NCBI GenBank assembly: GCA_973895155.1 | Contig: OZ316899.1 | Coordinates: forward strand, 14,015,934 to 14,079,933 | Direction of reading: 5' to 3' | Source: Marsupella aquatica | Taxonomy: Eukaryota > Plantae > Marchantiophyta | Length of the DNA stretch: 64,000 nucleotides | Shown: positions 34,560 to 46,452 of the stretch, piece after piece | Position numbering within the stretch: position 1 is the first letter of the stretch | Layout of the letters: every line of letters begins with the position of its first letter | Made by a program: the position numbers and the translations under genes | The notes under the pieces: model-generated | Told to the model about the DNA's origin: nothing | The model's database searches: none | What the model saw: the letters and a program-made list of their open reading frames with translations, nothing else

Positions 34560-37500
34560 TCCGGTTCGACCGCACCTGCTGCGGTTCCTCCGCCACCACC
34601 ACCACCACCGCCACCTCCACCACCACCTATGGCAGCCGCTCCACCGATGGCCTGCGCTGCTCAAGCTCCTCCACAAATATCGCAACGATTGCGATTTCAT
34701 TATCGACCTTTCAAGGGGCGTCATGGGGATGATCCGGATGAATGGTTGGATGAGTTTGAAGCCACTGCTAAAGCTAATGGGGAAGACGCCATTAAGCTAA
34801 CCGTCCTCCCGGGAGTGATGCGGGGAGAAGCTCGTCCATGGTACAACTCGTTGCCACCCGGGACTACATGGGCACAATTCCAAGCTGCATTGCTGCAGGA
34901 GTTTTGTGCCATTGGATCAGAACAACGTTCTCTATTAAAGATTGGCCAGCTTCGCATGGGAAAGAAGGAGTCCCTGTGGAAGTTGATTCAGAAGTTTCAG
35001 AAACTTGCGGCCAAGATCCGGCCCAGGCCGGGAGACGCGCTCTAGCTTACATGGTTCCTTCATGGTTTGCCCACGAATATGCAATTCTGGGTACGCCAAA
35101 ATAATCCAATTTCAATGTAGGCGGCCATAGCGTGCGCCGAAACTTACCGGGAGTCCACCTATAACTCCAGGCGGAGCCAGCGAGCACGCCGCAAGAAGGG
35201 TAAGTACGAGACCTTCAGTGACAATGACTCCAAATCGGACGACGAGAGGAAGAAGAAATGCAAGAAGAATAAACATCGTTCGACCTCGTCCAGCTCGGAG
35301 ACGGAATCCAGTTCGGATTCAGCTTCAAGCATCGGATCCTCTACCTCCAGTTCATCAGGAAGTGACTCGAAGAGCGAAAGCCGGAGCAAAAAGAAGAAGA
35401 GACGAGTGAAGAAGGAGGGGAAGATCAAACCCCGGGCCCGAAGAACGATACCAGATCCAAAGGCTGCCGAAGCAGACAAGCTGAACGAAATCACGGATCG
35501 ACTCAAAGCACTATCAGTACATCTTGCGGAAAAGCCGGTGGAGAAGAAGAAGCCATCTGAGATTCGAGCCCATGCGTGGTGTTCAAAGTGCTTCCAATCC
35601 GGCCATGTGGTGCAGGAATGCCCAAGGTGGAAGAACCGAGTTCACCAAGTAGAGCTGGATGATGTTGACAACCCGGGTCCCGAATCGGAGTCCACGGAGT
35701 ATTTCTTTGAGGACCCTCCTGATTCCGTGTACCAAATTTCAACGGTAGGTCCGTGTAATTTAGCGGGTAGAACTGCGTACCCCTACCCAAACAATGGCTG
35801 GAGTTTCCAGGTTATCAGTAACCCGAGCATCCCTCCTAAGCCAGGGATTTGGCGATCCCCGGTTTGTTATAACTGTGAAAAGCCAGGACACTTTGCGAGG
35901 GAATGCACCGAACCAAGATGCCAGGGGGATGGCCGTGGCAAGCCACTTTGTCAAGTCTGCAAAACGGAAGCTCATTCCACGGCCAACTGTCCATTGGTCA
36001 TGGCCGCTCGAACAAATGCAGCAAGACCAGCCCAGGGCGGACCGACCACGAGTGATGCAGTCGTCCAAATGATTGCGGTGGAATGACAGGATGACAATAC
36101 CGAGTGGGTGAATCTGGTGGACGTGGCGGAACACCCTAATCCATCTGACGAGGCTGAGTGCTATCGTGTGTCAACAAGAGCTGAACGGAAGGAAGAGAAG
36201 CAGGAGGAGAAACCAGTGATAGATATACCCCCGGAGAAGGACGATGACTACCGACGGGATGACCCGAAGCTATTTTTCCCCCGCATCGAAGAATTGGTAA
36301 AGAAACAGCTGGAGGCCCACGAAGCTCGGGAATACCAGAAGGCAATCGATAAGGACATCAAAGCAGCCGAGACAGCCCGGCGACAGGAGCAAGAAAAGCA
36401 AGATAAGCAAGAGGAAGCCAAGCAGCAGCCGAAGGAAGAAAAGAAGGAGGACTATGATATTAAGGAGGACGTGAAGAGTTGCCCGGTTACAACAACGGTA
36501 GGACAACTACTGCAAAACAATCCACAGTACAGACGGCAACTGAGGGAGTTGCTTACGGGTCGACGACGGAGACGACTACCCCAAGTTGGGACCGCGGATT
36601 GCAACATGATATGCGAGGACCTGGGAGCGTCGGACATCTCGATTGAAATTAATAATTGTACCATCAGGATGGTTCTTGTAGATGGAGGAGCGGGAGTCAA
36701 CATCATGACGGAAGAGACGTCAGTCAAGTTAGGATACCTCACGTATCAACCCACAGCCCGAGTTATCAGATTAGCAAACGGGGCAAGGGTACTTCCATTG
36801 GGCACGCTTACACGGGTACTCACTCTGGTAGGAGGGGTGGAGTTCTATCTCAACTTCCTAGTCATGAGGCCGGTTCGGCCTTCCTCTTATCCGGTCCTCC
36901 TAGGCAGGCCGTGGCTGTACGGTGGCCATGTGGTCACGGATTGGGGAAAGAAGGAGCTACGGTTTGGGACACCCACCGTATATGGGTATCATGGGCAATG
37001 GACGATTATCAGGGAGAAACCCCACAAGGACCCGAGGAATATGATTCGGAGACCTTGGAGGAAGAGGAACTCAATATGATTGAACTCATCTCGTCCCTGT
37101 CCGAGGAAGATGTCTTCGGAGTTGAAGCAACCCGCGAAACACATCTCCTAAATTACCCGAGGGCTGCCATTGAGTCCACCCCAAGCACATCTACTGCCGG
37201 GGATGAGGAAACGCACGAACAACTCGTCGAGACGGAGGACACGGCTCCAGCTAAGCAGGGAGCCGAGGCTGCTTCTACCGTTGCAGAGCCTCGTGACCAC
37301 GAACCAGCCCAACAACCGCCCGAGGCCGAAAACTCGAGACCGAGACATAAGAAACGAGTCTCATGGGATCCGTCCATTCCGCAATTGGAGGAAGTAACTC
37401 CAATCTCGAGACCAATCCCGGTTCCACCCATGTACGGAGAAGTTTGGTTAGCTGAGCTTGATGCGAGCCTGGACCCGAGCCTGCGAAACCAGGTTGAAGT

Positions 37501-40390
37501 CATCAGGAAGGAGCACTACCGGAAGTACACCATTGGGATGGACAAATCTTTTAACCTGGGCCACGCTCTGACAGGGGAGGCTGAAAAATCCATCCAAGCT
37601 TTGCTCAAGGAATATGAAGATGTGTTTGCATGGAGCCATCATGATTTAACAGGAGTCTCCCCCGAGTTAGAAGAACACACGATCGATTTGAATTTGGGGG
37701 CCCATGCAGTACGGCAGCGACAACGTCGCATGAACCCAAGGTACTCATCTTAGTGAAGGAGGAAATTGATCGTCTCCTCGCCGCAGATATCATCTACCCG
37801 GTAATGGCCAGCGACTGGGTCTCTCCCATCGTCATTGTACCGAAAAAAGGAGGAACGGGCGGAAAACCTAAGATCCGGATTTGTCAGGACTATCTTAAGC
37901 TGAACGACGCAACCCGAAAAGACCATTACCCGTTACCATTCACGGATATGGTTCTAGATATGGTAGCCCGAAATGAAATTTATACATTCCTTGATGGGTA
38001 TTCGGGTTATAACCAAATCTGGATTCGCCTCTCGGATCAGCTCAAAACAACGTTCACTACGGAATGGGGGACTTTCGCATTTCGGAGAATGCCATTCGGA
38101 TTGTGTAACGCTCCGGCCATGTTTCAGCGACTCATGATGAATATCTTCCATGACTTCCTACGGGAATTTCTGGAGATATTTATCGACGACTTTGCCATCT
38201 TTGGAACTGTCGCCATGCACCCCGAACACCTAAGACGTACGTTCCAACAATGCCGAGAGGTTAACCTCAAACTACATCCCGCTAAATGTTTTTTCGGGGT
38301 AGAGGAGGGAGTATTACTCGGGCATCGTGTGTCCAAACGGGGTATCGAGGTGGACGAAGAGAAGGTCACGGCCTGGATGGCGGTGGTGTTTCCCGTAGAT
38401 CAAAAAGCAGTACGATCCTTCTTGGGCTGTGTAGGGTATTACCGTCGGTTTATTAAAGACTTTGCTAAAATAGCGCTGCCCTTGACTGAGATGATGAAAA
38501 AGGACGCGGTGATTGAGGAGACACCCAGGAGACGGATTGCTTTCGAAGAACTCCATAAAAGACTCACCACCGCACCTATCATGGTCACTCCGGACTGGAA
38601 TAAGGAGTTCACGTGTATGTCGATGTGTCAGGGTTCTGTATTGGATCCGTGCTCAGTCAGCTTGATGAGAACAGACGCGACCACCCCATCTACTTCGCTA
38701 GCCGTCAATTATTCACAGCCAAAAAAAATTATTCCCCCACTGATCGAGAAGCTCTGGGAATAACCCACTCGTGTAAAAAGTTCTGACACTATCTGCTAGG
38801 CTACAAGGTCATATTCCACACGGATCATGATAGCCTGAAGTACATGGTCAACAAAGCGGACGTGACGGGACGGATAGCCCGGTGGGTGCTACTTCTCCAG
38901 GAATTTAACTACGAAGTTCGGGTTCGGCCCGAAAAGGCACACCTCAATGCCGACTTCTTTTCAAGGCTGGACGGCGTACCAGTCGATCAGCCAATTGATG
39001 ATATTTTTCCGGATGAGGAGTTGTTCCACGTAGGGGCGGGGACGCCAACGTGGTACGGCTCAATTATCACCTTCCTCTTGACAGGCCGCATCCCTGACGG
39101 CATCAATCAGGAAGCCGCCGCTGTGTTTCTACGGAAAGCCGGGCCTTACGTCATGGTACAGGGTCACCTACATAAGGAAGGAGTTAATGGGAAGTTACGA
39201 CGCTGCTTGGAGTATAAGGAGACGCTTATCGTGATGCGGGCCTTGCATGAAGAAGAAGCTGGAGGTCATTTCGCAGCTATCACAACAGCCCGAAAGATTC
39301 TGGACTCCGGATATTGGTGGCCTACATTGCATCGGGATGTACAACGCTTCATCAAGGGCTGTGACCTGTGTCAGCGGGCTGGGGCCCCAAGACGAGCTCA
39401 TCATCACCCTCTCACGTCCGTACTTCCATTAGCACCGTTCGAAAAGTGGGGTATTGATTATATCGGGCCATTTACTCCCGTTACCCGAAGACGAAGATGC
39501 AGGTACATCCTGCTAGCTATTGATTACTCCACCAAGTGGGTCGAAGCACGGGCTACGGTGAAGGACGACGCTGCAACCAGCGCCAGGTTCTTATATGAAC
39601 AGATTTTCACCCGGTCCGGCCCACCCTTAGAATTGGTAAGCGACCGTGGAACCCACTTCCTCAATGACACCATAGCCCACCTTACGGAGCGTTACCTAGT
39701 CAAGCACCGCAAGACTACCCCATATCATCCTAAGGCCAACGGGATGACAGAGAGAGCCAATGGTATCATTGGGAAAATCCTCAACAAGACGGTAGCGGCG
39801 CACAAAACGGATTGGGATGATAAGTTGTACGCAGCGGTGTACTCGTATAATCTCGCTTACAAAACTACTACGAGTCACAGCCCGTACTTTCTCGTGTTCG
39901 GCCAACATTCGTTGGTACCCGTCAAGTTTGAAGTACACACTCCACGAGTCAGCATTCGGGATCGCTTACCCAAACCTGAAAGTTTGTCAGACCGAGCTTA
40001 TCAGATTGAAGCCCTAGAAGAAGCACGGCTACTAGCAGCTCGACACGCCGTGAAGAAACAGGCAACTTCAAAGAAGCAGCACGACAAAGACTACGGAGGG
40101 TCGACGTCGTGGCAGGCGATCTAGTCCTTCTGTATGATAGTAGGTACATGCAGTTTCCAGGGAAGCTTCCTACCCGGTGGTTAGGGCCCTTCCTTGTCAA
40201 TCAGATCTACCGTAACGGATCTTTGGAGCTTGCGACGTATGCCGGCGATTTACTCCCCACGCGAATCAGCTACGATCGTGTAAAAAAGTACCACCATCAA
40301 GATGACGACGCCGAGAGTGATGTTCGCGAGGACGCTTCACAATTAAGTAGGGAGCTATGTGACGCCGCCGGTATGGCGGTTAATGAGTGA
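34560..40390 (+). pseudogene. B gag-pol (Gag, 3 CCHC, protease, RT, RH, integrase), disrupted
   Basis: DDPDEWLDEFE, CYNCEKPGHFAREC, LVDGGAG, FIDDF, WGIDYIGP, SDRGTHF and WLGPF. Gypsy domain order. Multiple stops and frameshifts. No chromodomain or extra archaeal RH seen. Confidence 0.95.
40345..40357 (+). promoter_or_regulatory. Putative polypurine tract of B, inside the integrase coding sequence
   Basis: AAGTAGGGAGCTA immediately precedes the TGT of the 3' LTR. B' has AAGCAGGAAGCTA at the equivalent position. Confidence 0.5.
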
Positions 40391-42036
40391 TTCGGTCTAA
40401 CTGCGCTCAGCACGTGCGTTAGGAGTGTCTTAGGCCGCTATTATTAGCATAACGACAGTATTTAGGTAATCATTATGGGTAGGACATCATTAGGCAATGA
40501 GGGGGAATTCAGGTTCGGACTGGCGACGGGTCGCTATTCGCACACCCGGGTTACGAGCGTGGAGGGGCCCCTCCCTCGGGTCCGTATAACAAACTTAAGG
40601 AAGCGGCCACTGACACGCTCTAACTCAGACCGGCGGAGTGGTCGGTACACCACAAGTGTGAGCGGTTCAGCCTATGGGCGTCGAGGAGATGTCGGGGGAT
40701 CGGCAAGCCCTCAAGGTATAAAAAGGGAGCCGACCCTTTGGAGTGCACCAGTCCATCAGTCCACGCGCCAGCTTCGACCCCAGCTCTCTCGTTCGCTCTA
40801 AGTCGCCACTACTATCTCCTCTGAATGTCGCACACGATCCTCTCCAGCTCGGCCATTCGATTCTGGACGCAGTTCCTATCTACCGGAAGGCACTTGGCCG
40901 ACTCATTGAAACACGCCAACCCGCGCCGATACAAAATCGGGCGGCTCTGGCAAGTGTGCCAGGCATTAGCAGCGGAGCAGGAATAGATTAGGATTAGGAC
41001 TAGCTTAGTCAGGCTCTTGGGACAGGCACCTGCCTTAGGTACAGCAGCGCTGCCATGTTGTCCAGCCTGCGTAGATTAGGATCTTCTAATAAGACACAGC
41101 CGTTTTTTGGCCTGACTGTCAGCTTAGTTAGGACCTTAGTCAGCGAATCTTCGGCGAGAGGACACCCCGTCCCTCGGCCCTTAGTATTTAGTGCACCCCT
41201 CGGTAGAGGCAGGGGGTTTTTAGTCTCAGAGTTGGACATCCGTGGTATGTGCGGGGAGTCCCGGCCTCTGGGAGTGAAAGAGTACCAAGGGGAGGGGGTA
41301 GGACTAAGCTCGCCGGGCGAGTGCGGAGCCGGGCTCCGTTGTAGTATACTCTCTCGGCCTTGAACCTGTTCATTCCGGAGCTATCGGGTCAACCAAGTGT
41401 ACGCACATGTCCCCTATGTAGTAAAATCCTTTCCCATTATTTCCTTCATGTAAATCGAGATTGTATGCTTGTGCGCGTGTATGTGTGTGTGAATCTCGTG
41501 TATAGGTGACAACGCCGGGCCGAACGCACTACTCGAATCGTGCACGAGGTGTAGCTTGCGGGGATGTGGTTGCGAGCACGGGTTGAGGACCTGTATCATG
41601 GAATCCGGATCGAAGGCGGAAAACACAAAGGCTTAGAAGTCCTTAAGCCGGGGTCGATCCTGTTATCGACTAAGGTACGTTCCGGCGGCGGAACACAAAC
41701 CATACCTAGGAGATGTCCGTATCTAACAGTAGGCGCACTTAGCGCTAGTTTATGTGAATTAGGTGCATTACGCGCTTCCCTCCCTGCCCGAACCCTCAGA
41801 TTTACGAGGGATGTGCCCATCTAAGCTGAAGTCTGAGTTAAGGCCGAAGCCGACGATGTGACATAGCCTTTGTTTTGGCGCTAGATGGAGGGGGCACTCT
41901 ACATATCGTAGAGGGGAGACATGTGCATATTCACCTAGGCAGGATACATCAGGACGTAGTACTAACCATCGCATTTATATGAGTAAATGCCCGTCACTCG
42001 TTCTCAAGCAACTTACTTGAGGAGATTGACGTGACA
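40358..42036 (+). repeat. B 3' LTR with an internal deletion of about 2.5 kb
   Basis: TGTGACGCC...GACGTGACA. At a TCG microhomology (40937-40939) it jumps from the position equivalent to 26563 to that equivalent to about 33935. Confidence 0.9.
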
Positions 42037-42733
42037 GGGGGTGCCATGGGTTCTCGTGGTTTGCGGGTGTTAGCTCGCCCGCTTGCCAAATCCTGCCGAA
42101 CAGCAGCCAAGCCGCATTCAACCTCCCAAGGGAGCTTGCGTTGGGGAGGCAAGGCCAAGTAGGTATGGAGGCTGAGTCCCAAGGGCACTCGGTCCCTAGA
42201 CCATCAATGGGGCAAACCGGGAGCGGTTGTTAGAGTCGGGGCCGTTCTGGTCCCGGCGTGTTGAGACAAACTTGGGACAAGCTTTAGGACAAGCTACGCT
42301 ATTTGGGCCATGAGCATGTCCTGAGGTCAGGGCGGTCAGTTGGTGATGGATAGGTACGAGGGGAACCCGGGCCGCGCCCAAGGAAGGAGCTATCCTGGCG
42401 TGGGTTCTGGTTCTGGCTTATGGCATCGGGAGGACCTATCGCTGACCTATTTACCAACGTCTGTTGAGCTTGAGTTAGGATGCTAGACTGGGCAAGTTCT
42501 AGATCCGGAGGGGTTACTTACCAAGATGCTTGGTTGTTTGTGCAGACAATGAGGACCATTGAGTAGCGGTCGTGTAGGTGAGCAAGTGCGGCTTCGTATG
42601 GGAGTGGCCGCAAGAGGTGTTAGAGGCACTTGGATGCTTGCTCGAGGTATTCCGTGGAGGTGTTCGGGCACCAAGGGCACTTAGGCGCAAGTGCTGGGAT
42701 TGGTGAGGGCGCTGGGTAGCAAGGTCCACCATT

Positions 42734-43917
42734 GGGAGGCACGGAATGCACCTAACTCACATAAACTAGCGCTAAGTGCGCCTATTGTCATATACGGACA
42801 CCTCTTAGGTATGGTTTGTGTTCCGCCGCCGGAACGTACCTCAGTCAATAGCAGGATCAACCCCGGCTTATGGGCTTCTAAGCCTTTGTGTTGTCCGCCT
42901 TTGATCCGGATTTGATGGTATGGGTACTCAACCCGGGCTCGCAACCACTTACCCCGCAAGCTGCACCCCGTGCACGACTTGGGTAGTGCGTTCGGCCAAG
43001 CGTTGGCACCTATACACGAGATTCACACATATACATACGCACAAGCATACAATCTCAATTTACACGAAGGAAATAATGGGAAAGGATTTTACTAGATAAG
43101 AGACATAAGCGTACACTTAGTTGACCCAAAAGCTCTAGAATGAACAGGTCCGAGGCCAAGGGTGTACACTACAACGGAGCCCGGCTCCGCACTTGCCCAG
43201 CGAGCTTAGTCCTACACCCTCCCCTTGGTACTCTTTCACTCCCAGAGGTCGGGACTCCCCGCACATACCACGGTTGTCCAACACTGAGACTAAAAATCCC
43301 CCTGCCTCTACCGAGGGGTGCACTAAATACTAAGGGCCGAGGAACAGAGTGCCCTCACGCCCGAAGATTTGCTAACTAAGATCCTAACTAAGGTGGCTGT
43401 CAGGCCGGAAAACGGCTTGTCTTATTAGAAGATCCTAATGTACGCAGGTTGTACAGCATGGCAGTGCTGCTTTAACTAGGGCAGGTGCTTGTCCCTATAG
43501 CCTAATTTAACTACTCCTACTCTATTTTAATTGTACTCTGCCGCTAATGTCTAGCACGCTTGCCAGAGCCGCCTGAGTGGGAGCGGCTATCCCGTTGCCT
43601 TCTGAGCCTGTCGGCGTCCTGCTTGAGTAGCTGGACCTGGTCCAACAGAGATTTGTTCTCCCGCTTTGCCGCATCTGCCTCTTTTGCGGCCTCCTGGCAT
43701 GCCTCCTCCAGTTGTTGGGTGTCGCTCGTCAGCTTATCCACCAACTAGGCCTGTTTCGTGACTTCTCCTTGAAGCCGCGCCACCTCTGCCTTCAGGGTGT
43801 CAATCTGGGCTGTGTCCCACTAAGACCTGGAGTCAGCTTCCTCCAGATCCTTTTGCCAACTGACAGCTTGCCCCTTCAAACCATCAATCTTGGTCCGGAG
43901 CCGCGCGATCTCGGCTC
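42734..43917 (-). repeat. B' 5' LTR segment, including the C-terminal coiled coil of the LTR ORF
   Basis: Reverse match to about 33590-34559 and 41560-41780. Encodes ...QQLEEACQEA...GKRARH*. Confidence 0.87.
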
Positions 43918-43959
43918 TTTGTTAAGGAGTTTCGACCCATTGGAACTTCAGAACTAGCA

Positions 43960-46452
43960 GTGCTGAAGTTGGGACAACTTCGGTTCAAGGAGAATAAATC
44001 CTTCAGGAAGTTCTTGCAACGCTTTCAGAAACTGGTAAGACGTACAAAGACCAATGCATCTGAAGGTATGCAACTTCAATGGTTGGTGAATGCTTTGCCA
44101 CAGAAGATGAGTTTTGCAATTAGGAAGGAGAACCCGGAGACTTTAGCCGAAGCAATTAAGGATATTCAATTATACATTAATGCAGATATCACAAGCCGGA
44201 AGAAACAACTTAAGTCTGAGAGTTCCTCATCAGAGGAGGGATCACCCCATAAGAAAAAAGATAAGAAGAAGAAACATTCCAAGAAGTCTAGAAGTGATAA
44301 GTCAAGCTCGAATAGTGGGAGTAGCAAGAGTGAGTCATCTTCTAGTTCTGAAGAAGAAAAAACTAGGAAAAGGAAGGGCAGAAGGAGAGGGAAGACGAAA
44401 GTCAAGATGGAGGCTAAGCCACCAGATAACATCGTAGCCCTTACCGAGCAACTTAAAGCTATCATTGCAGAGGTAAAACCAAAGAAGAAGGTAGTACAGG
44501 AGGATAGCTCTGTATGGTGTGCCTTATGTTATAAAACCGGACACCATAAAGATGCGTGTCCTAAGCTTAATACTAATCATGTTCGGCATGTGGCCGAGAT
44601 CAGACCATGTCAGGGAGAAGTAGAGTACTTTTTAGGAGATGCCGCTGATAGTGTTTTCGGCATCAATGAGATTGGAGCACGAGACCTATCCAACAGACCT
44701 GCATCTCTGTGGTCAGGGTTAAGGAACAATCCAGGAGAGATGTATCCTCGGATTATTCAGAACCCGTCAGTACCTCCTAGGCCGAATGTGCAAAGATTTG
44801 CGGCGTACTATAATTGTGGTCAACCTGGCCATTTTGCTAGAGAATGCCCGAATGCACGCAAACAGGGTGATGGACAACTAGCTCAGCTATGTATGGGATG
44901 CCGACAGGAAGGTCATATGCTAGGGCAATGTCCTACTTGGTTGGCAGGCCTGGCCGCAAATCATAAGCTTTTGCCGATCAAGATCTTACCGCCAGGTACT
45001 ACCCCCGGAGGAGTTCAAATCAACCACATCGAACTAGGATGGCAAGAGGATGCCGAGGCAGAGTTCGTACCATCTGATGATGAGGCCGAAGCCCTATCAA
45101 CCTTCTCAGAGGAGGATTTAGATCATGATTGCTACCGGGTCTCTACTCGATCTACCAGAAGGAAGGAAAGGTGGGATGGGCTGGCCAAAAATAAAGGGAA
45201 GGTTACGGAGGAAAGGATCGACTCTTCGTCAACATCAACAGAAGGAGAAGGGAGGGCTCCGGCAATACAGGTAAGCCATGAGCCCACCAGTGAACCCAAT
45301 CCTTCACAAGATAGCGACTTCAATCGAGATCATCCTAAGTTGTTCTACCCCTCTGTTACGGCTAGTGTTAAGGAACAACTAAGAGAATTAGAAACCCTGG
45401 AGAATACCGAAGCCATTGCCAAAGATGTAAAACGAGCAAAAGCATTGTTTGCTTCGGAAGACCCAACAGCTGTGGAGACTAGCGTGGCAAAACTGGCCGA
45501 ATCCAAGGAAACACCACCAGAGGAGAAGCCGATTGTTCCCTATGACCTGGCTAAAGATGTACTAGAATCTAGAGTCTCGGCAACAGTAGGTCAACTATTG
45601 AAAAATAGCCCGTACTTCCGGAAGCAATTAAGGAAGGCTATTCTCGGCAAGCCGAGATTACCCAAGGTAGCAACCAGATCCGACGTACTAATGATAGAAG
45701 AAGATCAAGGAGCCCCAGCATTACCATTAATGATTCAAGGAGAATTATTACTACGGGTACCCATCGATGGAGGATCAGGGGTATGTATTATGATTGATTC
45801 AACAGCAAAAGGGTGGGGTCTAACACCGGAGATGACTGGAAGAGTGTTGAACATGGCCAATGGATATCAGGTCATTCCTACGGGAGTGTTAACCGGCATC
45901 AAGACAGAGATAGGAGGTATCTTCTTTAGCATTAACTATGTAGTAATGAAGCCGGTAAACCCTACGTCATTCCGGCTATTGATTGGTAGGCCATGGCTGT
46001 ACCTAGCCGAGGTAATAGAAGATTGGGGTAAAAAGCAGTTCACTTTCGGGACCCCCTCTATCACAGTATCCTGGGACACTAAGGATGACCGTAGGAAAAG
46101 CATAAGGGAAGTAGATGGGTACGACAGTGGACTGGAGTCAGCCGATGAAGTACGTTGGTTAGAATGCCTCACTAACCTAACCGAAGAAGGTGTCTTTGGA
46201 CCTGAGGTACCCCCCAGCGGATTATGGCAGGAACCAATGGAAGGTGACTTGGAAGAAGAAGACGCAGAGGTCGAGGACTGCTTTACAATAGAATCCACCT
46301 TTTTAGCTGCAATTCCGGAGGAAGTAAAGGATGTAGACCAATTGGATGAAACGGCTAAGTGGGGAGCAGTAGCAGGGACAGTGAATTTTCTGCAGGCGTT
46401 GTGGCAGAGCCGGCAGGGTTCACAACGCCATCGATCATCGGCAAGGAATTAA
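43960..46452 (+). CDS. C Gag-protease (N-terminus deleted)
   Basis: Three knuckles (CALCYKTGHHKDAC, YYNCGQPGHFAREC, CMGCRQEGHMLGQC), protease PIDGGSG and LLIGRPWL. Confidence 0.9.
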   Translation: MLKLGQLRFKENKSFRKFLQRFQKLVRRTKTNASEGMQLQWLVNALPQKMSFAIRKENPETLAEAIKDIQLYINADITSRKKQLKSESSSSEEGSPHKKKDKKKKHSKKSRSDKSSSNSGSSKSESSSSSEEEKTRKRKGRRRGKTKVKMEAKPPDNIVALTEQLKAIIAEVKPKKKVVQEDSSVWCALCYKTGHHKDACPKLNTNHVRHVAEIRPCQGEVEYFLGDAADSVFGINEIGARDLSNRPASLWSGLRNNPGEMYPRIIQNPSVPPRPNVQRFAAYYNCGQPGHFARECPNARKQGDGQLAQLCMGCRQEGHMLGQCPTWLAGLAANHKLLPIKILPPGTTPGGVQINHIELGWQEDAEAEFVPSDDEAEALSTFSEEDLDHDCYRVSTRSTRRKERWDGLAKNKGKVTEERIDSSSTSTEGEGRAPAIQVSHEPTSEPNPSQDSDFNRDHPKLFYPSVTASVKEQLRELETLENTEAIAKDVKRAKALFASEDPTAVETSVAKLAESKETPPEEKPIVPYDLAKDVLESRVSATVGQLLKNSPYFRKQLRKAILGKPRLPKVATRSDVLMIEEDQGAPALPLMIQGELLLRVPIDGGSGVCIMIDSTAKGWGLTPEMTGRVLNMANGYQVIPTGVLTGIKTEIGGIFFSINYVVMKPVNPTSFRLLIGRPWLYLAEVIEDWGKKQFTFGTPSITVSWDTKDDRRKSIREVDGYDSGLESADEVRWLECLTNLTEEGVFGPEVPPSGLWQEPMEGDLEEEDAEVEDCFTIESTFLAAIPEEVKDVDQLDETAKWGAVAGTVNFLQALWQSRQGSQRHRSSARN

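Larger units (their letters stand above)
25983..42036 (+). mobile_element. Family B Ty3/Gypsy (Athila-like) element with two gene-bearing LTRs
   Basis: Starts TGTGATGCC and ends GACGTGACA. TSD GAGGG/GGGGG (1 mismatch). The empty site GGGTCTGGGGGTGCC is visible in D copy 2. The two LTRs are about 97% identical by eye over the first 580 bp. Confidence 0.92.
25196..42733. mobile_element. Family D copy 1 (about 1.48 kb, non-coding, AGT...ATT ends), inserted in the B' 5' LTR and interrupted by B
   Basis: 25196-25982 plus 42042-42733 match 57616-59109 in reverse. TSD GGGAG at 25191-25195 and 42734-42738. The flanks rejoin into B-type LTR sequence. Confidence 0.85.
12713..43917 (-). mobile_element. 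Family B' Ty3/Gypsy element, truncated at both outer ends, hosting A2 and D1 (D1 hosts B, which hosts A3)
   Basis: Minus-strand order: 5' LTR (43917-42734 and 25195-24935), gag, protease, RT/RH, integrase, 3' LTR (14314 to about 12713). Homologous to element B throughout. Outer coordinates are approximate. Confidence 0.85.

Noticed and set aside
1844-42041. GGG-rich target-site preference (GGGCC, GGGTA, GGGGG, GGGAG)
   Set aside because: Too few sites, mixed families, GC-rich hosts, and counter-examples (GAACT, ATAAC, GCATA).
46359-46452. Programmed frameshift between C gag-pro and pol
   Set aside because: No canonical slippery heptamer, and B' reads through the equivalent region in one frame, so a private indel is more likely.
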